Of a stretch of 64,000 nucleotides of DNA, positions 10,350 through 17,158 are shown in pieces. The position numbers were made by a program, and so were the translations under genes. The stretch covers positions 15,475 to 79,474 of the forward strand of contig CAKTTR010000001.1 of assembly GCA_934615645.1 (NCBI GenBank), written 5' to 3'. Position 1 is the stretch's first letter, and each line of letters starts with the position of its first letter. The notes under the pieces were generated by a model. That model was not told the origin of the DNA and made no database searches. It saw only the letters and a program-made list of their open reading frames with translations. The DNA comes from an uncultured Oscillospiraceae bacterium (GTDB lineage: Bacteria; Bacillota; Clostridia; Oscillospirales; Oscillospiraceae).

Positions 10350-10386
10350 GGGCGCGCTGCAGACTCGCTGCAGCGCGCCCTTTTTC
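10350..10386 (+). terminator. strong orphan intrinsic terminator on the + strand
   Basis: Perfect 13-bp stem GGGCGCGCTGCAG / CTGCAGCGCGCCC, 5-nt loop, TTTTTC tail. No + strand CDS precedes it. Confidence 0.7.
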
Positions 10387-10403
10387 TATTATGCTATCAA
10401 GGC

Positions 10404-10459
10404 AAAAAGCGCCCGGCCCAGGGCCTGCGCGTGCAGAACGGCAGGGCTTGGGCCGGGGC
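10404..10459 (-). terminator. terminator of the amidohydrolase-merR operon
   Basis: GC-rich imperfect hairpin GCCCGGCCCAGGGCCTGC / GCAGGGCTTGGGCCGGGGC followed (on -) by a T-run (AAAAA 10404-10408 on +). Confidence 0.6.
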
Positions 10460-10470
10460 AGCCAGTGCGG

Positions 10471-11241
10471 TCAAGCGTCTAGAATGGGGATCTGAATTTC
10501 TGTAATATAATTCTCCTGCGCCGTTTCAATAAATTGGTCGACGATATTGAAATGCAGCGCATCGTCGGACAGTGGCAGCTCGGGATGGGCGCGGCGGAGC
10601 TGGCAGCCAAAGTCGATGGCATCGGGATACGTGCCCTGGAAGTGGGCGCAGAGCACCTGCATGGCGGGCAGCGTCTCGACCTGTTCCAGATAGCGCACCG
10701 GGACGGACTGGGAGGGCTCCAGATAAGCGCCGAAGGAGATTCGGGGTTGGCCCGACGGCGCGTCCTGCACAAAAGCGATGGTCGGGTAAAAGTAGAAGAT
10801 CTCGTTTTGGTACAGCGTTGCTTCCTCCCCCAGGGGGATGTATTTTCGCTCCGGCAGCGTCTGGATCGAAGCCTGACCCAACGCCATCTGCTCAAGCTGC
10901 TGCTCGACATACTGGAGCTTGCGCTGCAGGACCTCGTCCATAGCCAGCATTTTCTGGCATTGCTGCTGCAGGAGGGTCGACTGCTTTTTCAGCTCCTGGA
11001 TCGCACTGCTGCGGTTGTGCAGATCGAGATACTTCTTGACCTGGGCGATGGAAAAGCCCAGCTTTCGCAGATAGCAGATGAGAGCCAGGCCGTAGACCTG
11101 GTCGAAGCGGTACATGCGGTAGTTGTTCTCCGGATTGCGATAGGCCGGGGAGAAAATTTTCTCCCGGTCGTAGTATTGCAGCGTCTGCTTGTTGAGATGG
11201 AACAGCGCGCTCATCTGCCCGACATTCAGGTATTCCCGCAT
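10471..11241 (-). CDS. MerR-family transcriptional regulator with GyrI-like effector domain (BmrR/TipA-like architecture)
   Basis: N-terminal MerR HTH (LNVGQMSALFHLNKQTLQYYDREKIFSP), coiled-coil linker, C-terminal GyrI-like domain. Confidence 0.85.
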   Translation of the reverse strand: MREYLNVGQMSALFHLNKQTLQYYDREKIFSPAYRNPENNYRMYRFDQVYGLALICYLRKLGFSIAQVKKYLDLHNRSSAIQELKKQSTLLQQQCQKMLAMDEVLQRKLQYVEQQLEQMALGQASIQTLPERKYIPLGEEATLYQNEIFYFYPTIAFVQDAPSGQPRISFGAYLEPSQSVPVRYLEQVETLPAMQVLCAHFQGTYPDAIDFGCQLRRAHPELPLSDDALHFNIVDQFIETAQENYITEIQIPILDA

Positions 11242-11244
11242 GGC

Positions 11245-12642
11245 TCAGCACCCGGCTTTCTGAAAAACTGGGCACTGGGAGCGCAGGGCGCTTTCGTGAG
11301 CTCTGTCTGCCTCAACAGCCAAGCGGCGCTCATCAATGCCGGTGAGCTTGACACCGTCAAAGACGATTTTGCCACCGATCATCGTCATGGCGACATTGCC
11401 GGTCAGGCCGACGCGGCCGATGAGATTTTTGGGGTCGTGGGTCGCGCCGACAAGCTCCAGCGTTGTCCCGTCGATCATAAACAGGTCCGCTGCCTTGCCG
11501 GGGGCCAGGGACCCCAGGTCGCTGCGACCCAGGGTTTTGGCGCCGCCTGCCGTGGCGATCTTTAGAATATCATACGCTGTGACCGCACCGCCCCGCTCCT
11601 TGCCGAAGTAGCACTGCATATAATAGGCGGTGCGGATGGAGTCGAGCAGGTTGGACGAGTCGTTGGTGGCCGAGCCATCGCAGCCCAGGCTGAGACAGAC
11701 GCCGTCGCGCAGCATCTGCTTCATGGGCAGGATCGGGAAACCGCTGAGGATAGCCGGTGCGGGGCAGTGGGAGACGCCCGCGCCATAATCGCCAATTATT
11801 TTGTATTCCTCCGGCGTCAGCTCCCAGCAGTGGGCAAACCAGACATTTTCACCCAAAAAGCCCAGACGGCGGCACCATTCCAGGGTGCGCATCCCATAGC
11901 GGGCCTGCATAAATTCGTTTTCGCCCTCCCCCAGGTGGGTGTGCAGGCGGCAGCCGGTCTCCTTAGCCAGGGCGACGGAGGCGGTGAAGCAGTCTGCGGC
12001 GCAGTTCATGGGCTGGCAGGGGGCGATGACGATCTGCCGCATGGAGAAGGGGCTTGCGTCGTGGTATTTTTCGATGAGTGCGCGGGTGTGGGCGATGAAG
12101 GTCTCCGTGTCCTCCCGGATATCGTCAGGAATGGGGCTGCCGTCGGACATGGGGCGGGTGTTGGTCGCGCGCCCGGCGTGATAGCGGATGCCGATCTGCT
12201 GGGCCGCCTCCATCTGCCGGTCGATCGACGCCTTGCCGGTACGGGCGTTGAAGCAGTATTGGTGGTCAAAGGCAGTGGTGCAGCCGTGCTTGATCAGGTC
12301 TGCCATGGCGGTCAGCGCGGAATAGTACATGACATCACTGTCGACATAGCGGACTGCCTGGAAAAAGACGTCCAGCCATTCCAGGACGGTCATATTTGGG
12401 TAATCGATGGTGGTCAGGTTGCGGATAAAGGTCTGGAAAAAGTGGTGGTGCGTATTGACAAGGCCCGGGTAGATCAGCTTCCCGGTGGCGTCGATGACCT
12501 GGGCACTTTCGCAGGAGATATGCGGGGCAATTTCAAGGATTTTTTGGTCTTCGATCAGAAGATCACAGTGTTCATAGACCCGGTCGCGTTCGTCGCAGCT
12601 GACAATGGCCCGGGCGTTTCGGAGCAGTGTCTTTGCCATCAT
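11245..12642 (-). CDS. metal-dependent amidohydrolase, COG0402-like nucleobase deaminase/chlorohydrolase family
   Basis: VNTHHHFFQT HxH motif, later HLGEGENE and CDGSATND motifs typical of guanine/8-oxoguanine/cytosine deaminase-like enzymes. Start at MMAKTLL (12642 or 12639) behind GAGGAAG. Confidence 0.8.
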   Translation of the reverse strand: MMAKTLLRNARAIVSCDERDRVYEHCDLLIEDQKILEIAPHISCESAQVIDATGKLIYPGLVNTHHHFFQTFIRNLTTIDYPNMTVLEWLDVFFQAVRYVDSDVMYYSALTAMADLIKHGCTTAFDHQYCFNARTGKASIDRQMEAAQQIGIRYHAGRATNTRPMSDGSPIPDDIREDTETFIAHTRALIEKYHDASPFSMRQIVIAPCQPMNCAADCFTASVALAKETGCRLHTHLGEGENEFMQARYGMRTLEWCRRLGFLGENVWFAHCWELTPEEYKIIGDYGAGVSHCPAPAILSGFPILPMKQMLRDGVCLSLGCDGSATNDSSNLLDSIRTAYYMQCYFGKERGGAVTAYDILKIATAGGAKTLGRSDLGSLAPGKAADLFMIDGTTLELVGATHDPKNLIGRVGLTGNVAMTMIGGKIVFDGVKLTGIDERRLAVEADRAHESALRSQCPVFQKAGC

Positions 12643-12678
12643 GCTTCCTCGCTTTCTGCAAAGTGATAGTATAATAAT

Positions 12679-12709
12679 ATTATAAACCATATATATACTA
12701 TACTGTCAA
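12679..12709 (-). promoter_or_regulatory. MerR-type promoter with 19-nt spacer
   Basis: On the - strand TTGACA (12704-12709), 19-nt TA-rich spacer, TATAAT (12679-12684). Flanked by inverted repeat AGTGATAGTATA (12662-12673) / TATACTATACT (12694-12704). Confidence 0.6.
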
Positions 12710-12785
12710 GTGCGGGCGCGAAAGAAGGCAGTATTTTTCCAGCTGCGCTGCCGGCTCTGGGACGGATTTGATTTGTTTAGACACG

Positions 12786-12820
12786 CGAAAAGCGCACACC
12801 AGGCATGCCCGGTGCGCGCT
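12786..12820 (-). terminator. dapH terminator
   Basis: AGCGCGCACCGGG / CCTGGTGTGCGCT-type hairpin on the - strand followed by TTTTCG. Confidence 0.65.
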
Positions 12821-12933
12821 TTGGTTAGGGGTAAAATCTATGTGCAGTTTTGCTGGAAATTTCCCATCATTGCTTGACAAGAGCGTGGTTTCTCCCTATG
12901 ATATGGGCAAACCGGAGCGGCGGCGCGGGGGCG

Positions 12934-13632
12934 TTACAGGGCCCGCAGGGCGTCGACCAGCGCGGTCTTCCCGGCGGTCTTCTTGTCCTTTGTTTTGATC
13001 TTCCGGGCGGGGACGCCTGCCATTACCGCGCCCGGCTCGACATCGTTTACCACGACGGCCCCAGCGGCGATGACGGCACCCTTGCCGACATGGACCCCTT
13101 CGATCACGACGGCGTTGGCCCCGATGAGCACATCGTCCTCAATGATGACTGGCGTCGCGCTGGCCGGTTCGACGACGCCCGCCAGGACAGCGCCCGCGCC
13201 GACGTGGCAGTTTTTGCCGACAGTCGCGCGCCCGCCCAAGACGGCGCCCATGTCGATCATCGTGCCTGCGCCGATGATCGCGCCGATGTTGATGATCGCG
13301 CCCATCATAATAACGGCATTATCGCCGATCTCGACATTTTCCCGGATGATCGCGCCCGGCTCGATGCGGGCGTTGATGGGCTTGAGGTCCAGCATGGGGA
13401 TGGCGGAGTTGCGGCAGTCGTTCTCAATGACCAGCTGGGCGATCTTGTCCGCGTGGGCTTCCAGCACCGGGCCGATGTCCTTCCAGTCGCCGAAGACGAT
13501 CTTCGTCCCGGACCCGGCGGCAAACACCTGGGCGTTCGGGAATTCGACCGGCTGGGTCTCCTGCAAGAATACCCGGACGGGGGTCTTTTTCTCCGATGTG
13601 CGGATATATTCAATGATTTCCTGTGCATTCAT
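12934..13632 (-). CDS. dapH: 2,3,4,5-tetrahydropyridine-2,6-dicarboxylate N-acetyltransferase
   Basis: Left-handed beta-helix hexapeptide repeats ([26 protein letters not shown]..), DapH-type N-terminus [11 protein letters not shown]; start ATG 13632. Confidence 0.9.
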   Translation of the reverse strand: MNAQEIIEYIRTSEKKTPVRVFLQETQPVEFPNAQVFAAGSGTKIVFGDWKDIGPVLEAHADKIAQLVIENDCRNSAIPMLDLKPINARIEPGAIIRENVEIGDNAVIMMGAIINIGAIIGAGTMIDMGAVLGGRATVGKNCHVGAGAVLAGVVEPASATPVIIEDDVLIGANAVVIEGVHVGKGAVIAAGAVVVNDVEPGAVMAGVPARKIKTKDKKTAGKTALVDALRAL

Positions 13633-13805
13633 AAGCCATTGCCCCTTTGTAAAGTTTAGAAGTTTAGAAGTCAATTTTAGTACGGATCCCGGCGCAAAGC
13701 GCGTCCCGCGTTTGCGCCAGCTCTCGTATATTTATCTTTATCATAGCACGGCCCGGCGGGAATTTCCACTATTATTCCTCCGCCTGCGCCGGAAATGGAG
13801 GAACT

Positions 13806-14903
13806 ATGCTGCAAATGATCGAAGACCGCCGGGCGCTGCACCAGATCCCGGAATTGGACCGGCAGCTGCCGGAGACGCTGGCCTATCTGACTGCCGCCCT
13901 GGCCCCGCTGCGCTGCCGCCTGCTGCGGCCCATGGCGGGGGCGCTGTGCGCGTATTTTGACTTCGGCGCGGCGCGCACCATTGCGTTCCGCTCCGATGCC
14001 GACGCGCTGCCGGTGCAGGAGCAGACGGGGCTGCCCTTTGCCTCGCGCCACCCGGGGAAAATGCACGCCTGCGGCCATGATGCGCATATGGCGATGCTGC
14101 TGGAGCTGGCCCGCCGTCTGGATCGGATGGAGGCGCTGCCGCAGAATATCCTGCTGGTCTTCCAGCCTGCGGAGGAGACGACCGGCGGCGCGCGGGACCT
14201 GTGTCAGACGGGGATCTTCCAGGAATATGGCGTAGAGGCGATCTTCGGGATGCACTTGTGGCCGGACCTGCCGTCGGGCGTCATCGCCAGCCGCAGGAAT
14301 GAGATGATGAGCCGCTCCTGCGAGGTGACGGTGGAGATCACCGGGCGCTCCGCTCATATTGCCAAAGCGGCGGAGGGCATCGATGCCCTGGCTGCCGGGG
14401 TGGATTTTTACCAGCAGGTCATGGCGGCGGTGGACGCGCTGCCGCCGCAGGTGTTCCGCCTGTGTAAATTCGGCCGTATGGAGAGCGGGACGGTGCGCAA
14501 TGCCGTCAGCGCCCATACTGTCCTGGAAGGGAGCCTGCGGGCGTTCCAGGACGAGGCCTTTACCGGCCTGCAGGCGCGCATTCGCGCCATTGGCAGCGCT
14601 GTCGCCCAGAAGAGCGGCTGTCAGGTCGAGGTCACGATGAACGACGGCTATCCGGCGGTGATGAACCCCGGCGCGCTGTTTGACCGGGTGCTTGCCAGCG
14701 GGCTGGAGTTTGTGCAGCTGGACGCGCCGGTGATGATCACGGAGGATTTCTCCTGGTACCAGCGCCAGCTGTCGGGAATGTTCTTTTTCCTGGGGGTCGG
14801 CCCGGCGCCGGCGCTGCACGCGGCGGACTTCCAGTTTGACGAGGCGGCGCTGCAGCGGGGCGCGGATTTCTGGGAGCAGCTGGCCCGGCAGTACCGGCCG
14901 TGA
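13806..14903 (+). CDS. N-acetyldiaminopimelate deacetylase (M20 amidohydrolase)
   Basis: MLQMIEDRRALHQIPELDRQLPET N-terminus, HACGHDAHM metal motif; divergent from dapH and upstream of dapA-dapB. Confidence 0.85.
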   Translation: MLQMIEDRRALHQIPELDRQLPETLAYLTAALAPLRCRLLRPMAGALCAYFDFGAARTIAFRSDADALPVQEQTGLPFASRHPGKMHACGHDAHMAMLLELARRLDRMEALPQNILLVFQPAEETTGGARDLCQTGIFQEYGVEAIFGMHLWPDLPSGVIASRRNEMMSRSCEVTVEITGRSAHIAKAAEGIDALAAGVDFYQQVMAAVDALPPQVFRLCKFGRMESGTVRNAVSAHTVLEGSLRAFQDEAFTGLQARIRAIGSAVAQKSGCQVEVTMNDGYPAVMNPGALFDRVLASGLEFVQLDAPVMITEDFSWYQRQLSGMFFFLGVGPAPALHAADFQFDEAALQRGADFWEQLARQYRP

Positions 14904-14942
14904 AGCGCGTTTTACGGAAATAGACAAAAGAAACGCCGGATT

Positions 14943-14982
14943 GCAATGTATTTTTTTCGCTGTTTTGAAAAAAATACATTGC
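14943..14982. terminator. perfect 15-bp AT-rich inverted repeat (terminator-like hairpin) overlapping the next promoter's -35
   Basis: GCAATGTATTTTTTT (14943-14957) / AAAAAAATACATTGC (14968-14982), 10-nt loop. Confidence 0.5.
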
Positions 14983-15008
14983 AATTGGGGAAAAAAGATG
15001 GTAATATA
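14979..15008 (+). promoter_or_regulatory. promoter of the L-box-dapA-dapB transcript
   Basis: TTGCAA 14979-14984, 18-nt spacer, TAATAT 15003-15008. Confidence 0.55.
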
Positions 15009-15018
15009 TTGGCTAATG

Positions 15019-15181
15019 ATAGAGGCGCATCGCGTGATGAGTAAACAAGCTGGAAGGGGCTGTATCCCGTTGGCTTGCGGAAAGGGGCGCGTTGCCGAAG
15101 GCAGCTTCGGATACAGCGGAGCTGTGCTGGGCCGGCAAACTAATAGCTGCCGGACTGTCGCATCACTGCGGAGTGCTATCG
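15019..15181 (+). promoter_or_regulatory. lysine riboswitch (L-box) aptamer
   Basis: P1 GATAG..CTATC. Conserved blocks AGAGGCGC, GAGTA, GGAAAGGGGCGCGTTGCCGAAGG, CTGGG, ACTGTC, GGAGTGCTATC are colinear with the B. subtilis lysC L-box. Confidence 0.9.
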
Positions 15182-15242
15182 TTTCAATTTGGATCGCCGG
15201 ATCGTGCCCATTTGGCCGCCTGGCGGTGCAACAGGAATGCTG

Positions 15243-15277
15243 AGCAGCTGATCCGCGAGGATGCGAGCTGCTTTTTC
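15243..15277 (+). terminator. L-box expression-platform terminator
   Basis: AGCAGCT (15243-15249) / AGCTGCT (15266-15272) with inner ATCC/GGAT pairing, followed by TTTTT; 33 nt before the dapA ATG. Confidence 0.7.
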
Positions 15278-15309
15278 TTATATTTTCTCACCAGAAGGAG
15301 GACAAAATT

Positions 15310-16194
15310 ATGACAGATTCGATTTTCAGAGGCATTGCCACCGCGCTGATCACCCCGTTTCGCAACGGCGAGGTGGACTATGATACCTTTGGCCGCCTGA
15401 TCGATTGGCAGATCGAAAACGGGATCGACGCCCTGGTCATCTGCGGTACCACCGGCGAGGGCTCGACCCTTTCCGACGAGGAGCACAAGGCGTGCATCCG
15501 CTTCGCCGTGGAGCGGGCCGCAGGCCGGACGGTCATCATCGCCGGGACGGGCAGCAACGATACGAACTACGCCATCAACCTGACGAAGTATTCCTGCGAT
15601 GTGGGCGCGGACGCGATGCTTGTCGTCACGCCTTACTATAACAAGGCCACCCAGCGGGGCCTCGTCGAGAGCTTCTACGCCATCGCCGATGCCAGCACGA
15701 AGCCGATGATCGTCTACAACGTCCCCTCCCGCACAGGCTGCAATATCCAGCCACAGACCTACCTGAAGCTGGCGGAGCATGAGAATATCCGGGGCATCAA
15801 GGAAGCCAACGGCGATATCTCCAGCGTCGTCGAGACCCAGTCGCTGCTGCGGGGCAAGCTGGACCTCTACTCCGGCAATGACGATCAGCTCGTGCCGATC
15901 CTGGCCATGGGCGGCGCAGGGTGCATCTCGGTCCTCTCGAACCTGATGCCCCGCCAGACCCGGGAGATCTGCGATCGCTTCTGGGCTGGGGATGTCGCTG
16001 GGGCAGCCAAGCTGCAGTGCGACTACCTGCCGCTGATCAATGCGCTGTTCAGCGAGGTCAACCCCATCCCGGTCAAGGCGGCGATGGCGGCCATGGGCTT
16101 TGGCGAAAATTCGCTGCGGCTGCCGCTGACCTGCATGGAGCAGGCCCATGCGGAGGTTTTGCTGCGGCTGATGCGGGAACAGGGGTTGATCTGA
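15310..16194 (+). CDS. dapA: 4-hydroxy-tetrahydrodipicolinate synthase
   Basis: GIATALITPF, VICGTTGEGSTLS, Schiff-base lysine context IRGIKEANGD; AAGGAGG RBS. Confidence 0.95.
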   Translation: MTDSIFRGIATALITPFRNGEVDYDTFGRLIDWQIENGIDALVICGTTGEGSTLSDEEHKACIRFAVERAAGRTVIIAGTGSNDTNYAINLTKYSCDVGADAMLVVTPYYNKATQRGLVESFYAIADASTKPMIVYNVPSRTGCNIQPQTYLKLAEHENIRGIKEANGDISSVVETQSLLRGKLDLYSGNDDQLVPILAMGGAGCISVLSNLMPRQTREICDRFWAGDVAGAAKLQCDYLPLINALFSEVNPIPVKAAMAAMGFGENSLRLPLTCMEQAHAEVLLRLMREQGLI

Positions 16195-16925
16195 TGAGAA
16201 TTATCGTAAATGGCGCCTGCGGGCGCATGGGGCAGACGCTGCTGCGGCTCATCGCCCAGCAGCCAGAACGCTATACACTGGCCGCCGCCGTGGACCCGCG
16301 GGGCGACGGCAAGGCCGTCCTGCAGAGCTTTGACGCAGCGCCCCAAGCGGATATTATCATTGATTTCTCTCATCATAGCGCGGTGACGGAGCTGCTGGCC
16401 TACGCCCAGGCGGTCAACACGCCGGTGATCGTCGCGACGACGGGGCATACGCCCGAGGAGCGAGCGCTGATCGAAGCGGCGGGGAAAAAGATCCCGGTGT
16501 TTTACAGCGGCAATATGTCCCTGGGCATCGCGCTGCTGTGCAGTCTGGCAAAGAAGACGGCGGCGGTGTTCCCCGACGCGGATATTGAGATCGTCGAGAC
16601 CCACCACCGGCACAAGCTGGACGCCCCCAGTGGGACGGCTCTGATGCTGGCCGACGCCATCCGGGAGAGCCGCCCGGCGGCGCAGAATCACTGCGGGCGC
16701 AGCGGCATGTGCCCCCGGGAGGAGGGCGAGATCGGCATTCACGCCATCCGGCGGGGTGAGATTGTCGGCATCCACGAGGTGCAGATCTCGACGGGGACTC
16801 AGACCATCATCCTCAAGCACGAGGCCCACGACCGGGCGCTGTTTGCCGACGGTGCGCTGGATGCGGCAGCCTTTTTGCAGGGCAAGCCCGCAGGGCTTTA
16901 CAAGATGGACGATTTGGTGCGCTGA
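16194..16925 (+). CDS. dapB: 4-hydroxy-tetrahydrodipicolinate reductase
   Basis: MRIIVNGACGRMG Rossmann N-terminus, ETHHRHKLDAPSGTA signature. ATG overlaps the dapA stop (cTGATGa); the ORF-track upstream extension is rejected. Confidence 0.92.
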   Translation: MRIIVNGACGRMGQTLLRLIAQQPERYTLAAAVDPRGDGKAVLQSFDAAPQADIIIDFSHHSAVTELLAYAQAVNTPVIVATTGHTPEERALIEAAGKKIPVFYSGNMSLGIALLCSLAKKTAAVFPDADIEIVETHHRHKLDAPSGTALMLADAIRESRPAAQNHCGRSGMCPREEGEIGIHAIRRGEIVGIHEVQISTGTQTIILKHEAHDRALFADGALDAAAFLQGKPAGLYKMDDLVR

Positions 16926-16954
16926 TCGTAAATCGCAGATTTTGCACGGAAAGC

Positions 16955-17004
16955 GGCGCTGCGGCGCAGGGGCCTTCGGGCGTCTGGCCGCAGCGCCGTT
17001 TTTT
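16955..17004 (+). terminator. dapB terminator
   Basis: GGCGCTGCGGC (16955-16965) / GCCGCAGCGCC (16987-16997) followed by TTTTTT. Confidence 0.8.
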
Positions 17005-17052
17005 CTCTGCCGGTTGCGTTGTAGGAACCAGAAGTTTTCTGCAATTTTCCAG

Positions 17053-17081
17053 TTGTCGCCAGGCCGGAAGCGTGGTATAAT
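17053..17081 (+). promoter_or_regulatory. uvrA promoter (extended -10)
   Basis: TTGTCG 17053-17058, 17 nt, TGgTATAAT with TATAAT at 17076-17081. Confidence 0.55.
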
Positions 17082-17158
17082 AGATTGTTGAAATACTGCT
17101 TGTTTTGCAGAAAAACAGCTTAATTACCACGACTTACGACCCAGGAGGGGGGTCCTGT

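Noticed and set aside
9857-10495. 212-aa + strand ORF (and the 60-aa ORF at 10129-10311) in the ade/merR gap
   Set aside because: There is no RBS, the composition is Arg/Pro/Cys/Trp-rich and non-protein-like, and the ORF runs through two terminator hairpins. The region is treated as non-coding (see the finding on the gap).
12874-12902. Consensus-like + strand promoter (TTGACA-17-TATGAT) pointing into the 3' end of dapH (antisense)
   Set aside because: There is no downstream + strand gene or terminator to define a transcript. It may be a chance match or an antisense promoter, and I have no further evidence.
17020-17045. LexA (Cheo) box near the uvrA promoter: GGAACCAGAAGTTTTC
   Set aside because: The half-site spacing and sequence do not fit CGAAC-N4-GTTCG (GAAC N5 GTTT). 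This is too weak to call. No better site was seen upstream of uvrB, radC or the TrpD-like gene.
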